From contig JAIXPT010000338.1 of the NCBI GenBank assembly GCA_027486095.1, forward strand, positions 1 through 51,622: a stretch of DNA of 51,622 nt, written 5' to 3'. A program made the position numbers and the translations under genes. Under the pieces are notes generated by a model. The model saw nothing but the letters and a program-made list of their open reading frames with translations. It made no database searches and was not told the origin of the DNA. Numbering within the stretch: position 1 is the first letter of the stretch; every line of letters begins with the position of its first letter. This stretch comes from Planctomycetaceae bacterium (GTDB lineage: Bacteria; Planctomycetota; Planctomycetia; Pirellulales; UBA1268). This document shows positions 34,049-43,349 of the stretch, piece after piece.

Positions 34049-35292
34049 CAGAGCGTCCCTTCTTTGCCGAGAAACGTGCCCATCAATCTCCAGCCCGGCT
34101 CGATCACCGTCCCGCTCGCCGCCGCAGCCGCCTCGTCGTAGGTGTGTTGCCCGCCGGCGGCGATGTCGCTGCCGGCGATTACGAAGGGCACCCGGCCGCG
34201 CGAATGCGTCTTCGTGGCGATAAAGGTGGGATGGTCGGGGCAGACGAGAATCCGGTGGGGGCCGAGCGACGCGAGATGCGCGGCGATCGGGCCCACGATC
34301 TTGGCGTCGATCTCCTCGATCGCTTTGACTTTTTCGACGGCATTGCCCTGATGGCTCGCCTCGTCGGGGGCCTCGACATGCACGCACACGAGGTCGGTGT
34401 GCGCAAGCTCGTCGATCGCCGCCCGACCCTTGGCTGCGTAGTCGGTGTCGAGGTAGCCGGTGGCCCCGGGCACCTCGCGCCGCTTCCAGCCTGCGAGGGC
34501 CGCGAGGCCGCGCAGCAGATCGACGGCCGTGATCATCGTGCCGCTCATGCCATACTTTTGGGCAAAGGGCTCGAAGGCCGGGGCCTTGCCCACCCCCCAC
34601 AGCCAGACATGCGTGGCCGGCCGCTTCCCAGCGGCCATCCGCGCCTTGTTTACCGGATGGTCAGCCAGCCAGGCGGCGCTGTTGCTCATGATGTCGGCCA
34701 AGAGCCGGCTGCCGAACCCACGGGGAAAGGCATCGGCAACGGGCTTGTCCATGAGATCGTGTGGGGGCGTGGCCTTGAGATCGCCGGCAAGCGGCGCCGG
34801 GCCGTCGCCCTGCCCGCGATGAATGAGCAGGTTGCGATAGCTGACGCCGGGCTTGAATTCCCAGCTCGCGATGTCGGGAAAGTCTGCAGCAAGGCCGCGC
34901 TGGCAGGCCGCGAGCAGCTGCGTTGCCTCGTCGGTTGAAACATGACCGGCCGTGAAGTCCTCCATGATGGGCCCGGATTCGCCCGGGGCGATCGTCACGA
35001 GGTTGCAACGCACGGCCCAGTCGTGGGGCCCGAGCACGATGCCCTGCGCGGCGGCCTCCAGCGGCGCGCGACCCGTGAAGAATGCAAGAGGGTCGTAGCC
35101 CACGAGGCTCATGCACGCCACCTCGGAGCCGGGCGGCAGGCTCTCCGGCACGTGGTTTGTCAGCCCGACGCGACCCCGCGCGGCCAGGGCGTCCATCGCA
35201 GGCGTGCGGGCGGCCTGAAACGGCGTCTTGCCGCCGAGCGAATCCTGCGGGGCGTCGGCCGCGCCGTCTGGGATCACGATCACGTATTTCAT
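34048..35292 (-). CDS. Cofactor-independent phosphoglycerate mutase (ApgM) family protein; by context the 'proposed homoserine kinase' subgroup
   Basis: MKYVIVIPDGAAD...GKTP...A.TP.MD.LA..G, HVEAPDEASHQGN and CPDHPT are metalloenzyme motifs. The gene sits between hom and lysC. Confidence 0.85.
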   Translation of the reverse strand: MKYVIVIPDGAADAPQDSLGGKTPFQAARTPAMDALAARGRVGLTNHVPESLPPGSEVACMSLVGYDPLAFFTGRAPLEAAAQGIVLGPHDWAVRCNLVTIAPGESGPIMEDFTAGHVSTDEATQLLAACQRGLAADFPDIASWEFKPGVSYRNLLIHRGQGDGPAPLAGDLKATPPHDLMDKPVADAFPRGFGSRLLADIMSNSAAWLADHPVNKARMAAGKRPATHVWLWGVGKAPAFEPFAQKYGMSGTMITAVDLLRGLAALAGWKRREVPGATGYLDTDYAAKGRAAIDELAHTDLVCVHVEAPDEASHQGNAVEKVKAIEEIDAKIVGPIAAHLASLGPHRILVCPDHPTFIATKTHSRGRVPFVIAGSDIAAGGQHTYDEAAAAASGTVIEPGWRLMGTFLGKEGTL

Positions 35293-35311
35293 CGGTGCGC
35301 CGCGGCTCAGG

Positions 35312-36613
35312 TTACTCGTCGAGGACGCTCAGGCAGACGCTCCGCCCGCTGACGACGTCGCTCGCGTCGATGTGGTCAAGCGCCTTGCGTACCGATGTGG
35401 TGCCGCAGGGGTGGGTCATGATCACGAGCGGCACCGTAGCATCGCCCGCCTGGCCGGCGTCGTGCTGGATGACCGAGGCGATCGAGATCCCGTGTTCACC
35501 GAGGATCCCCGTGATCCGTGCGAGCACGCCCGGCCGATCCTTGACGCGGATCCGCAGGAAGTGCCGCTCGACCATGTCCACGCCGGCGATCCGGGCCGCG
35601 GGCGAATCGGCCGAGAGCACGCCGGTGGTCTTGAAGGTGATCACCGCCCGGCCCACGACCGTGTCGATGATGTCGGCCACGACGGCCGATGCCGTCGGCA
35701 TCTGGCCGGCTCCGAGGCCGTGGAAGAACATCCGCCCGACGGCGTCGCCCACGATGCTCACGGCGTTGTAGGCGCCGCGGGTTTCGGCGAGCGGCGTACC
35801 CTGCTTCACGAGCGCCGGGGCCACCCGCATCGCGAGGCGGCCGTCGCTGCGGCTGGCCACGGCCACGAGCCGAATCCGATAGCCGAGCTCGGCGGCGTAG
35901 TTCAAGAGGCCGAGATCGATCCCTTCGATCCCGGTGCGCGGAATCTCGCCCCACGGCACCCACACGCCAAACGCCAGGTGGGCCAGGATCGCGAGCTTCT
36001 GCGTGGCATCGGTGCCATCGACGTCCATCGCCGGGTCGGCCTCGGCGAAGCCTTTTTGTTGCGCGAGCTTGAGCGCGGCAGCGTAGTCGGCGCCGTCTTC
36101 CTCCATCCGCGTGAGGATGAAGTTGCTCGTGCCGTTCAAGATGCCGCGGATGCTCTCGATGCGGTTCGCGGCCAGGCACTCGCCGATGGCCGCCACGATC
36201 GGGATCCCGCCCGCCACGGCCGCTTCGAAGGCGATCGAGCGACCCTTCCGCCGGGCCAGTTCGAAGAGCTCGGGGCCGTGCTCGGCAAGAAGCGCCTTGT
36301 TGGCCGTGACCACGTCCTTGCCGTGCTCCAAGAGGTCGATCATGATCGTCCGCGCGGGCTCGAGGCCGCCCACAAGCAGAGCCGCCACCGAGATCGACGG
36401 ATCGCGGGAGACGTCGCGATAGTCGGCCGAGAGGTTTCCGCCCGGCACGTCCACCGCCCGCGTTTTGGCGACGTCCTTCACGACCGCCTTGGCGACCACG
36501 ATCGGCCGGCCGGCATGCCGCTCGATGTGGTCGGCCGACTCCACGAGCAGGCGCACCACGCCCGACCCGACGGTTCCCATGCCGACCACGCCGACTCGCA
36601 CTGGCTCGCTCAT
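35312..36613 (-). CDS. hom: Homoserine dehydrogenase
   Basis: VGVVGMGTVGSGVV Rossmann motif, NGTSNFIL, LGYAE-like FAEADP, C-terminal ACT domain. Start re-called to ATG 36613 with a GAGGAG SD. Confidence 0.92.
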   Translation of the reverse strand: MSEPVRVGVVGMGTVGSGVVRLLVESADHIERHAGRPIVVAKAVVKDVAKTRAVDVPGGNLSADYRDVSRDPSISVAALLVGGLEPARTIMIDLLEHGKDVVTANKALLAEHGPELFELARRKGRSIAFEAAVAGGIPIVAAIGECLAANRIESIRGILNGTSNFILTRMEEDGADYAAALKLAQQKGFAEADPAMDVDGTDATQKLAILAHLAFGVWVPWGEIPRTGIEGIDLGLLNYAAELGYRIRLVAVASRSDGRLAMRVAPALVKQGTPLAETRGAYNAVSIVGDAVGRMFFHGLGAGQMPTASAVVADIIDTVVGRAVITFKTTGVLSADSPAARIAGVDMVERHFLRIRVKDRPGVLARITGILGEHGISIASVIQHDAGQAGDATVPLVIMTHPCGTTSVRKALDHIDASDVVSGRSVCLSVLDE

Positions 36614-36771
36614 CCGCCGCTCCTCGCGGCTCGCCTGGACATCAGGCCCGCGCCGCTGGCCCCGATCGTAATGAGGCCGCGCCTCGCCCGAAAGCACGGG
36701 CGGCAATCACCGCCGCGGGGCGCATGCCGGTCGTGCCGGTCGTGCGGCCCGCGGCAGACGGCCTGGTCCGC

Positions 36772-37179
36772 TCACTTCCGGCCGGCGGCATCGAGTGCCG
36801 CTTGCATCGCCGCGACGAAGCGTCGGGCGGTCTCGAGCGTGTTCACGACCTGCTCCCGCGGAATATCCACAAAATCGCCGTAATCGGCGTCGAGCCGCTG
36901 CGCGTACAGCCCGTCAAACGCCACGGCCTGCTCCGGAGCGAGGAACCCCTCGGGAACGAGCTCTTCGTGGACCGCCTTGATGATCCCGCGATGCTTCGTG
37001 AACCTGCGGTCCCGAGCAATGAACACCGCCGTTGCCGCGTGAAAGCAGGCGTAATAGGCGCGGTTCCACGCGAGGCGGGCGCTGCCACGGAGGGCCGCCG
37101 CCTCGGCGTCATCGAGGCACTCTCGCGCCAGCCGCATCTGCTGTGCGACAATCCTCTCGCGGGCCTCTTGCTCGGTCAT
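36772..37179 (-). CDS. HEPN-domain toxin of an MNT-HEPN (type VII TA) pair
   Basis: All-helical 135 aa with an R-X6-H element (HRGIIKAVH). The ATG overlaps the MNT stop as ATGA. Confidence 0.75.
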   Translation of the reverse strand: MTEQEARERIVAQQMRLARECLDDAEAAALRGSARLAWNRAYYACFHAATAVFIARDRRFTKHRGIIKAVHEELVPEGFLAPEQAVAFDGLYAQRLDADYGDFVDIPREQVVNTLETARRFVAAMQAALDAAGRK

Positions 37180-37547
37180 CCAATCCCCTCGGCTGCCTGA
37201 AAGACGCCGATTCCCTCGGCATCGATTTCCTTGCGGATCGGGGCTGCCTGATAGATTCCGCGCCACCACTCGTCACTCGTGCGAATGGAGAGCTCGGGCC
37301 ACGTGCCCCGCCGCAGTCCGATCTGCCTCACCGTCGCCCGCATCGTCCCGATCTCCTCCGGAGTGAGTTGCCGGTGGGTGAGCACGAGGAGATCGATATC
37401 TGAATCGGGCGTGTCGTCGCCGCGGGCCTTCGATCCGAACAAGACGACCGAGTCAACCGGCCAGCCCGCCGACAGAGCCGCCGCAACGTCTTCGATCGTC
37501 TGCCGATCGGCGTCCGTCAGCAAAGCAAGCGATGGCAACGTCGCCAT
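37176..37547 (-). CDS. Minimal nucleotidyltransferase (MNT) antitoxin of an MNT-HEPN pair
   Basis: VVLFGSKARGDDTPDSDIDLLV is the GSxxRGx(5)SDxDL motif. Confidence 0.8.
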   Translation of the reverse strand: MATLPSLALLTDADRQTIEDVAAALSAGWPVDSVVLFGSKARGDDTPDSDIDLLVLTHRQLTPEEIGTMRATVRQIGLRRGTWPELSIRTSDEWWRGIYQAAPIRKEIDAEGIGVFQAAEGIG

Positions 37548-37659
37548 GGTTGGGGGCTCCGGGAGAACTGAGCTTGCATTCTACCCACAACGCCCGTCCA
37601 TCGCCGCCGGCTTGGTAGACTCCGGGTGCCCCAACACTCTGCAGAAAAGGCAGCCACCG

Positions 37660-38880
37660 ATGATGCTTCGTGCGCTGGCATACGTCTTGTTTTTCGCAGT
37701 GTGCCTCGGTGGCATGCCGGCCATGGCGGCGGAGCGGGAACGCGTGATCCTTTGGCCCAGCGGCGCGCCGCTCGCCAAGGGCACGGCTGCAACCGACGAG
37801 CCCTTCGTCGAGGTCTATCCCGCCGCACACGATGCCGCAGCCGGGCCCGCGTTCGTGATCTGCCCCGGGGGCGGCTACGGCGCACTGGCAGCTGACCACG
37901 AGGGCACGCAGATCGCCCGCTGGGCAAATGGGCTCGGGGCGACGGCCTTCGTGCTTCACTATCGGCTCGGCAGCAAAGGCTACCACTACCCCGCGCAGCT
38001 CCTCGACGTGCAGCGGGCGCTGCGATGGGTGCGGGCGAATGCCGCGAGGTATTCGATCGATCCACAACGCGTCGGCATCATCGGCTTCTCGGCGGGCGGG
38101 CATCTCGCCTCGATGGCCGCCACGCTCTTCGACGAGCGGCCGGAGGGCACCACGCACGACGCGATCGATGCCGTGAGCGCGCGGCCTGATATCGCGGTGC
38201 TCGGCTATCCCGTGATTTCGATGACCGCGGCTCACGCCCACAAGGGCTCCCGCAAAAACCTGCTCGGCCCCGCCGCTGACGACGATGCCGCCGCCCGCCC
38301 ACTCGACACCGACACCCGCGTGACGGCGAACACGCCGCCCACGTTTCTCTTTCAGACCGATGAAGACGCCGGCGTGCCGGCCGAAAACGTGATCAGCTTC
38401 TACCTCGCCTGCCGGCGAAACCACGTGCCCGCCGAACTGCATGTCTTCGAACGCGGCCCCCACGGTGTCGGCTTCGGCCTCGGCGATCCCGTGCTCTCGA
38501 CGTGGCCTGATCGCCTCGCCGGCTGGCTCCGCGACCGCGGGTTTCTCGCAGTCGCCAGCCGCGTGCCCGTGCAGGGCACGGTCACGATCAACGGCACCCC
38601 CGTGAGCTGGGGCATGATCTCGTTTGCCCCGGAGAATCCGCGGGCGCCGGTCGCGACCGCCCGGATCCGCAACGGCGCCTTCAAGCTCGACGAAAAGCTC
38701 GGGCCGGTCGCGGGGCCCGTGCGCGTGACGATCACCTCCTCCTCCGCCGATACGCCCGGCGTCGAAGGCACGAACGGCGTCGTCACGACGACGAAGGCCC
38801 GGCCCGATGCGGAGCCGTGGCGGCTCGACTTCTCGGGCCCCGGCATCCCCGAGCCGCTCGTGATCGAGATCACGCGTTGA
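37660..38880 (+). CDS. Secreted alpha/beta-hydrolase (esterase/lipase, AES-like) with C-terminal beta-sandwich domain
   Basis: Signal peptide. PGGGYG oxyanion region, nucleophile elbow GFSAGGH, and a late DED..VP...H catalytic region. Start re-called to ATG 37660. Confidence 0.8.
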   Translation: MMLRALAYVLFFAVCLGGMPAMAAERERVILWPSGAPLAKGTAATDEPFVEVYPAAHDAAAGPAFVICPGGGYGALAADHEGTQIARWANGLGATAFVLHYRLGSKGYHYPAQLLDVQRALRWVRANAARYSIDPQRVGIIGFSAGGHLASMAATLFDERPEGTTHDAIDAVSARPDIAVLGYPVISMTAAHAHKGSRKNLLGPAADDDAAARPLDTDTRVTANTPPTFLFQTDEDAGVPAENVISFYLACRRNHVPAELHVFERGPHGVGFGLGDPVLSTWPDRLAGWLRDRGFLAVASRVPVQGTVTINGTPVSWGMISFAPENPRAPVATARIRNGAFKLDEKLGPVAGPVRVTITSSSADTPGVEGTNGVVTTTKARPDAEPWRLDFSGPGIPEPLVIEITR

Positions 38881-38907
38881 TGCCCGGCGTGTGACAAGGC
38901 ACCGCGG

Positions 38908-39037
38908 CGTCCCTTCGGCTCACGCCTCGGGCTTCCGTTAAAAATCCCCGCGGAAGGCCCAGCCCCGGCGAATCACACGCACGCCCGACGCGTGAGCGCC
39001 CACCCCCAGGAGGCCCGAGGCGTGAGCCGAAGGGACG
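38908..39037. repeat. MITE-like 130-nt element bounded by 29-nt inverted repeats (family B)
   Basis: cgtcccttcggctcacgcctcgggcttcc (38908-38936) against the reverse complement of ggaggcccgaggcgtgagccgaagggacg (39009-39037). There is 1 mismatch and a 72-nt spacer. Confidence 0.7.
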
Positions 39038-39047
39038 CCGTTTCAAA

Positions 39048-39232
39048 AAGCCCCGGGCGGAAGCCCGGGGACTCCGCGTGACAGCGGAGACCGGTCCCCA
39101 TGCGGCATGGAAACCGGGATCGCCCGCCACCCGGTGTCCCGTCGCTTCCGCTCCGGGCTTGTTGGGTCGCGGGAAGCCCGCGGCGTGAGCGCCCACCCCC
39201 AGGAAGCCCGAGGCGTGAGCCGAAGGGACGCC
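39048..39232 (+). repeat. Composite repeat E1 (three small hairpins + family A core) followed by family B units
   Basis: 39048-39165 aligns with 40776-40894. Hairpins are ccccgggc-ggaa-gcccgggg, ctccgc-gtgaca-gcggag and ccatgc-g-gcatgg. 39177-39232 is a 56-nt near-copy (3 mismatches) of 38984-39039. Confidence 0.85.
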
Positions 39233-39312
39233 CGGCTCTTCGCCGCGGGCGTGTATAACGCTGGCCTGCCGCGCCTGTCGCCGCGGCCGTTTCGCCCCCT
39301 CGGAGCACAGCC

Positions 39313-40374
39313 GTGGAGTCAGCCGCCCGTGAGTTTTTGATCCGCCTGCTCGAGACGCCGAGCCCATCGGGCTACGAACAGCCGATCCAGAAGGTCGTGC
39401 GCGACTATCTCGCGGGCGTGGCCGACACGGTCTCCACCGATGCCCACGGCAACGTGATCGGCGTGAAGAACGCCGGTGCTCCCACGCGCATGCTGCTCGC
39501 CGGCCACTGCGACCAGATCGGCCTGATCGTGCAATACATCGATTCCGACGGCTACATCTCGGTGCAACCGATCGGCGGCTGGGATCCGATGCAGCTCGTC
39601 GGCTCGCGCATGGTCATCTGGACAGCCACGGGCCCCGTGCCCGGCGTGATCGCCCGCAAGCCGATCCATCTGCTCACGGAGGAGGAGCGGAAGGTCGTTC
39701 CCAAGATGAAAGACCTCTGGATCGACATCGGCGCGCCCGACAAGGCCGACGCCGAGAGCGTGGTGCGCGTCGGCGATTGCGTGACGTTCGAGCTCAAATT
39801 CCAGCCGCTCCGCCACAACCGCGCCTGCTCCGTGGCGATGGACGACAAGATCGGGCTGTGGGTGGTGCTCGAAGCCTTTCGCCGGGCGAGCGCGGCCGGC
39901 CCCCTGCCCTGCGCACTCCATGTGGCCTCGACCGTGCAGGAGGAGATCGGCCTCCGCGGGGCCCAGACGAGCTCCTATGCCGTCGATCCGCACGTGGCGA
40001 TCGCCGTGGATGTCACGCACGCCACCGACTGCCCCACGATCGACAAGAAGTCGGAGGGCGACATCGGCCTCGGCGAGGGGCCGGTCGTCTACCGTGGGCC
40101 CAACATGAACCCGCACGTGGTCAGCCGGCTCCTCGCCGCCGGCAAAGCCAAGGACATTCCGATCCAGCTGGCCGCCAGCGGCCGGGCCACGCCCACGGAT
40201 GCCAACGTCTTGCAGACCACGCGGGCCGGCGTGGCGACGGGCCTCGTGAGCGTGCCCAACCGCTACATGCACTCGGCCGTCGAGACGATCTCGCTCGACG
40301 ATGCCGACCGGGCCGCCGACCTGCTCGCCGCCTTCTGCCGCGGCCTCGAAGGCCCAATCGACTGGGCCCCGTGA
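39313..40374 (+). CDS. M42-family metallo-aminopeptidase (FrvX/endoglucanase-annotated family)
   Basis: LLETPSPSGYE, TDAHGNVIG, AGHCDQIG, DDKIG and VQEEIGLRGA motifs. GTG start. Confidence 0.88.
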   Translation: MESAAREFLIRLLETPSPSGYEQPIQKVVRDYLAGVADTVSTDAHGNVIGVKNAGAPTRMLLAGHCDQIGLIVQYIDSDGYISVQPIGGWDPMQLVGSRMVIWTATGPVPGVIARKPIHLLTEEERKVVPKMKDLWIDIGAPDKADAESVVRVGDCVTFELKFQPLRHNRACSVAMDDKIGLWVVLEAFRRASAAGPLPCALHVASTVQEEIGLRGAQTSSYAVDPHVAIAVDVTHATDCPTIDKKSEGDIGLGEGPVVYRGPNMNPHVVSRLLAAGKAKDIPIQLAASGRATPTDANVLQTTRAGVATGLVSVPNRYMHSAVETISLDDADRAADLLAAFCRGLEGPIDWAP

Positions 40375-40405
40375 GGCAAACCCCACCGAGGCCACAGAGC
40401 CGCCG

Positions 40406-40633
40406 CTACACCGCTGACTCGATCGGCTCGAGGGTCGTGATGTGCGGGTGTGCCACGATTCGGGCCAGGCTGGGCACCCCGTGGCGATCCGGCGACGCGA
40501 TCACCGTCTCGGTGCGTGCGGGAAACGCCATCTCCGGATGCCGCACCTCATAGCCCTCGCCGCTGGAAGTCACGACACGAAAGGGCTGGAACGGTCGCAC
40601 ATCGAGCCGGCTCTTGATCGCTTCGTAGGTCAT
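40406..40633 (-). CDS. Small hypothetical protein (75 aa)
   Basis: ATG 40633 with GGAG upstream. The pattern RPFQPFRVVTSSGEGYEVRHPEMAF resembles small conserved hypotheticals recurrent in PVC and cyanobacterial genomes. No function is known. Confidence 0.4.
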   Translation of the reverse strand: MTYEAIKSRLDVRPFQPFRVVTSSGEGYEVRHPEMAFPARTETVIASPDRHGVPSLARIVAHPHITTLEPIESAV

Positions 40634-40775
40634 GGCTGCTGCTCCGAGTTCCAGGGTCACCCACGCAACCAAGCAGGTGTACGCGTAGGCAGGATCATGG
40701 GCGGCCCGAAGCGTGTCAAGGCAACGCGGGCCTGCACAAGCGTCGGTGGGCAGAAGCCGGGGACACCTCGCCAAC

Positions 40776-40926
40776 AAGCCCCGGGCGGGAGCCCGGGGAC
40801 TCCGCGCCGAGGCGGAGCCCCGGCTCCATGCGGCATGGATAACGGCATTGCCCGCTCACCCGGTGTCCCGTCGCTCCCGCTCCGGGCTTGTTGGCACACG
40901 GAAGCCCGAGGCGCGAGCCGAAGGGA
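40776..40926 (+). repeat. Composite repeat E2 + family B unit (direct copy of 39048..39232 without the internal duplication)
   Basis: Same order of hairpins with identical stems and different loops (ggga; gccgag). Then gtcccgtcgctcccgctccgggcttgttgg and ggaagcccgaggcgcgagccgaaggga. Confidence 0.85.
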
Positions 40927-41019
40927 ATCCGCGCCGCGATTCGCAACCGGCCATCCGCCCGGCTTGCGCAGCGAGCCGGCCAAGCCGGGCCGGCGGTGGT
41001 CGCGTGAGCTCCTCGCATT

Positions 41020-41045
41020 CGACAGGGCTGGAGCCCTGTCGCTAC
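41020..41045 (-). repeat. REP-like unit GTAG+CGACAGG-gctccagc-CCTGTCG abutting the helicase gene
   Basis: The minus strand reads GTAGCGACAGGGCTCCAGCCCTGTCG. Its TAG is the stop codon (41044-41042) of the DEAD-box helicase gene. Confidence 0.85.
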
Positions 41046-42457
41046 AGGGCGCGGCGGTGTTTGCTGCGCTTCGGACGCGCGGGCGCAGCTGGGGCCGGCG
41101 AGGCGGCCGGTGCGGGCGCGGACGACGCGCTGTCGTGAGCCGTGCTGCGCCGTTCTGAGCGCGATGACCGCTCCCGCCGCCCTGCGGCGCCTTGCCGCCC
41201 TGCTCCACCTTGCCGTTCGTGCCGGCGCGGTGCGTCCGACCGGCCTCCGCGGGAACGCCGCCGGCCGCCGTATGCCGCCTGGGGTTCCGCGGAGGCCGAG
41301 ACGCCTTCGGGCGCGTTCTCGGCCGGAATGCGCATCCGGATCAGCCGCTCGATCGCAGCCAGCCGCGGCCGCTCTTCGTGGTCGCAGAAGCTCACGGCCG
41401 TGCCCGACTGCCCGGCCCGGCCCGTGCGGCCGATGCGGTGCACGTAGGTTTCGGGCTCGTGCGGCAGTTCGTAGTTCACGACGTGCGACACGGCATCCAC
41501 ATCGATGCCACGGGCCGCGATGTCGGTCGCGATGAGCACTGGCGGTCGCGGCGACTTGAACGCCGCGAGGGCCCGCTCGCGCTGATTCTGCGACTTGTTG
41601 CCGTGGATCGCGGCTGCGGAAATCCCCGCCTTGTCGAGGTCGCGGTGCAGCTTGTCGGCACCGTGCTTCGTGCGGGTGAACACGATCACCCGCGACATCG
41701 GCTCCTCGCGCAAGAGCTGCACGAGCCGCTGCTTCTTCTCCTGCTTGGCCACGTGATACACCGACTGCGCGACCGTCTCGGCCGACGTGGCCTGCGGGGC
41801 CGTCTTCACCTCGAGCGGATCACAGAGCATCGAATCGGCAAGTTCGCGAACCTCGGCCGGCAGCGTGGCGGAGAAGAACAGCGTCTGGCGATCGCGCGGC
41901 AAGAGGCCCACGATCCGGCGCACGTCGTGGATGAAGCCCATGTCGAGCATCCTGTCGGCCTCGTCGAGGACGAGGAACTCGACGGACCGGAGATCAACGA
42001 GCCGCTGGCCCACGAGATCGAGGAGCCGGCCGGGAGTGGCCACGAGCACGTCCACGCCGCGGGCCACGGCATCGGCCTGGGGCCGCTGGCTCACGCCGCC
42101 GTAGATCACGGCCGCGGTGGTGCCGGCATGGCGGCCGTAGGCCCGCACGCTTTCGTGGATCTGCGCGGCGAGCTCCCGCGTGGGGGCGAGCACGAGCACG
42201 CGGCAGCGCCGGGAAGCCGCACGGCCAGGCGCGGCGAGCAATCGCTCAATGATCGGCAGCGTGAATGCGGCCGTCTTCCCGGTGCCCGTCTGGGCGCAGC
42301 CGAAGAGGTCGCGGCCAGCGAGCACGTGGGGGATGGCCTTGGCCTGGATCGGGGTGGGCGTGGAGTAGCCCTCGTCGGCGAGCGCGCGGAGCGTGACGGC
42401 CGAGAGGCCCAGATCGGCAAATGTGGGGCTGGAAAGCGAAGCGGAGATGGAGTTCAA
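41042..42457 (-). CDS. DEAD-box ATP-dependent RNA helicase (RhlE-like) with Arg-rich C-terminal tail
   Basis: Q-motif (GYSTPTPIQ), [18 protein letters not shown] ([11 protein letters not shown]), [13 protein letters not shown]. Apparent TTG start. Confidence 0.92.
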   Translation of the reverse strand: MNSISASLSSPTFADLGLSAVTLRALADEGYSTPTPIQAKAIPHVLAGRDLFGCAQTGTGKTAAFTLPIIERLLAAPGRAASRRCRVLVLAPTRELAAQIHESVRAYGRHAGTTAAVIYGGVSQRPQADAVARGVDVLVATPGRLLDLVGQRLVDLRSVEFLVLDEADRMLDMGFIHDVRRIVGLLPRDRQTLFFSATLPAEVRELADSMLCDPLEVKTAPQATSAETVAQSVYHVAKQEKKQRLVQLLREEPMSRVIVFTRTKHGADKLHRDLDKAGISAAAIHGNKSQNQRERALAAFKSPRPPVLIATDIAARGIDVDAVSHVVNYELPHEPETYVHRIGRTGRAGQSGTAVSFCDHEERPRLAAIERLIRMRIPAENAPEGVSASAEPQAAYGGRRRSRGGRSDAPRRHERQGGAGRQGAAGRRERSSRSERRSTAHDSASSAPAPAASPAPAAPARPKRSKHRRAL

Positions 42458-42821
42458 GACAGTTCTTTCTAGGCGAACAAACAGAAAACAAGCCCGGAAA
42501 ACAGGGGCGGAGCCACGTTGGCCAAGCGATCCCGGCGATGGATCACGGCCTGCCGAACCGTCGCCTGGGCCGGGAGTCGGCTGGAAGCCAACTCACACCG
42601 GAAGACAACCGCTGCGAGAGATGCGATCGCGGCAGACACAGATCGGCGCTTGGCCGAAACACTGCCATCATCGTTTCCGAACAGTCGAATCATACCACGC
42701 CGGCGGCAGTGACGCAACGCGGCGGCGATTCCAGCAATCGCGCGGCCGGCGGGCCCCATCTTTGCCCCTCGCCGCCCCTTCTCTCGTTTACCTGCTTAGG
42801 ACAAACCCCGGAGACTCGCCC

Positions 42822-43349
42822 ATGCCTCGTGGAGCCCCTCGTTCATTTCCCCTGTTGACGATTGTCAGTTGCATGATCCTCGCCGCAGCGGCGACCACTC
42901 CTCTGCGCCCGTCGGCGGCGGCTGAGAGCGCTCCGTCTGTTGCACCGCGCGAGCTTGTCAAAGCCGTCAATCAGCTTGCATCCACCGACATCCCGCTGGC
43001 TCCGGCCCAGGGCATGCCGTGCACGCTCGACAAGCTGCCGGGGTCGCTCACCAAAATCCTGCCCCTGCTGCCGCCTGACCACCGCACCTTGATCCACGAC
43101 TGTGCGCACGGCCGCCTGCGGCTCGAGCGTGCGGTGGAGGCCTTCGATCTCGTGGCGATGATCGAAGACCCCGCCGACCGGCCCGCGGCCGTGGCCAAGA
43201 TCCGCGCATTTTTCGACGGCCGGGCGGTGGATGTCGTGGTGGGGCGGGGCCTCTCTGATGAACCCTATCCGCTCAGCTTCGACTGGGCCGTGGTGCTCGA
43301 CTCCCGCTCAGGCCGGCTGTTCAGCTTCGTGCTCAACTGCCACGACTGA
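42822..43349 (+). CDS. Hypothetical secreted protein
   Basis: ATG 42822 with GGAG upstream and a signal-peptide-like N-terminus. No recognisable domain. Confidence 0.45.
   Translation: MPRGAPRSFPLLTIVSCMILAAAATTPLRPSAAAESAPSVAPRELVKAVNQLASTDIPLAPAQGMPCTLDKLPGSLTKILPLLPPDHRTLIHDCAHGRLRLERAVEAFDLVAMIEDPADRPAAVAKIRAFFDGRAVDVVVGRGLSDEPYPLSFDWAVVLDSRSGRLFSFVLNCHD

Noticed and set aside
36614-36771. 158-nt leader upstream of hom, considered as a possible riboswitch or attenuator (lysine, threonine or SAM). It contains a 9-nt tandem duplication gccggtcgt x2.
   Set aside because: I recognised no riboswitch consensus and no leader peptide with Thr/Ile runs. Only generic GC-rich hairpins are present. 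An Rfam/Infernal scan would settle it.
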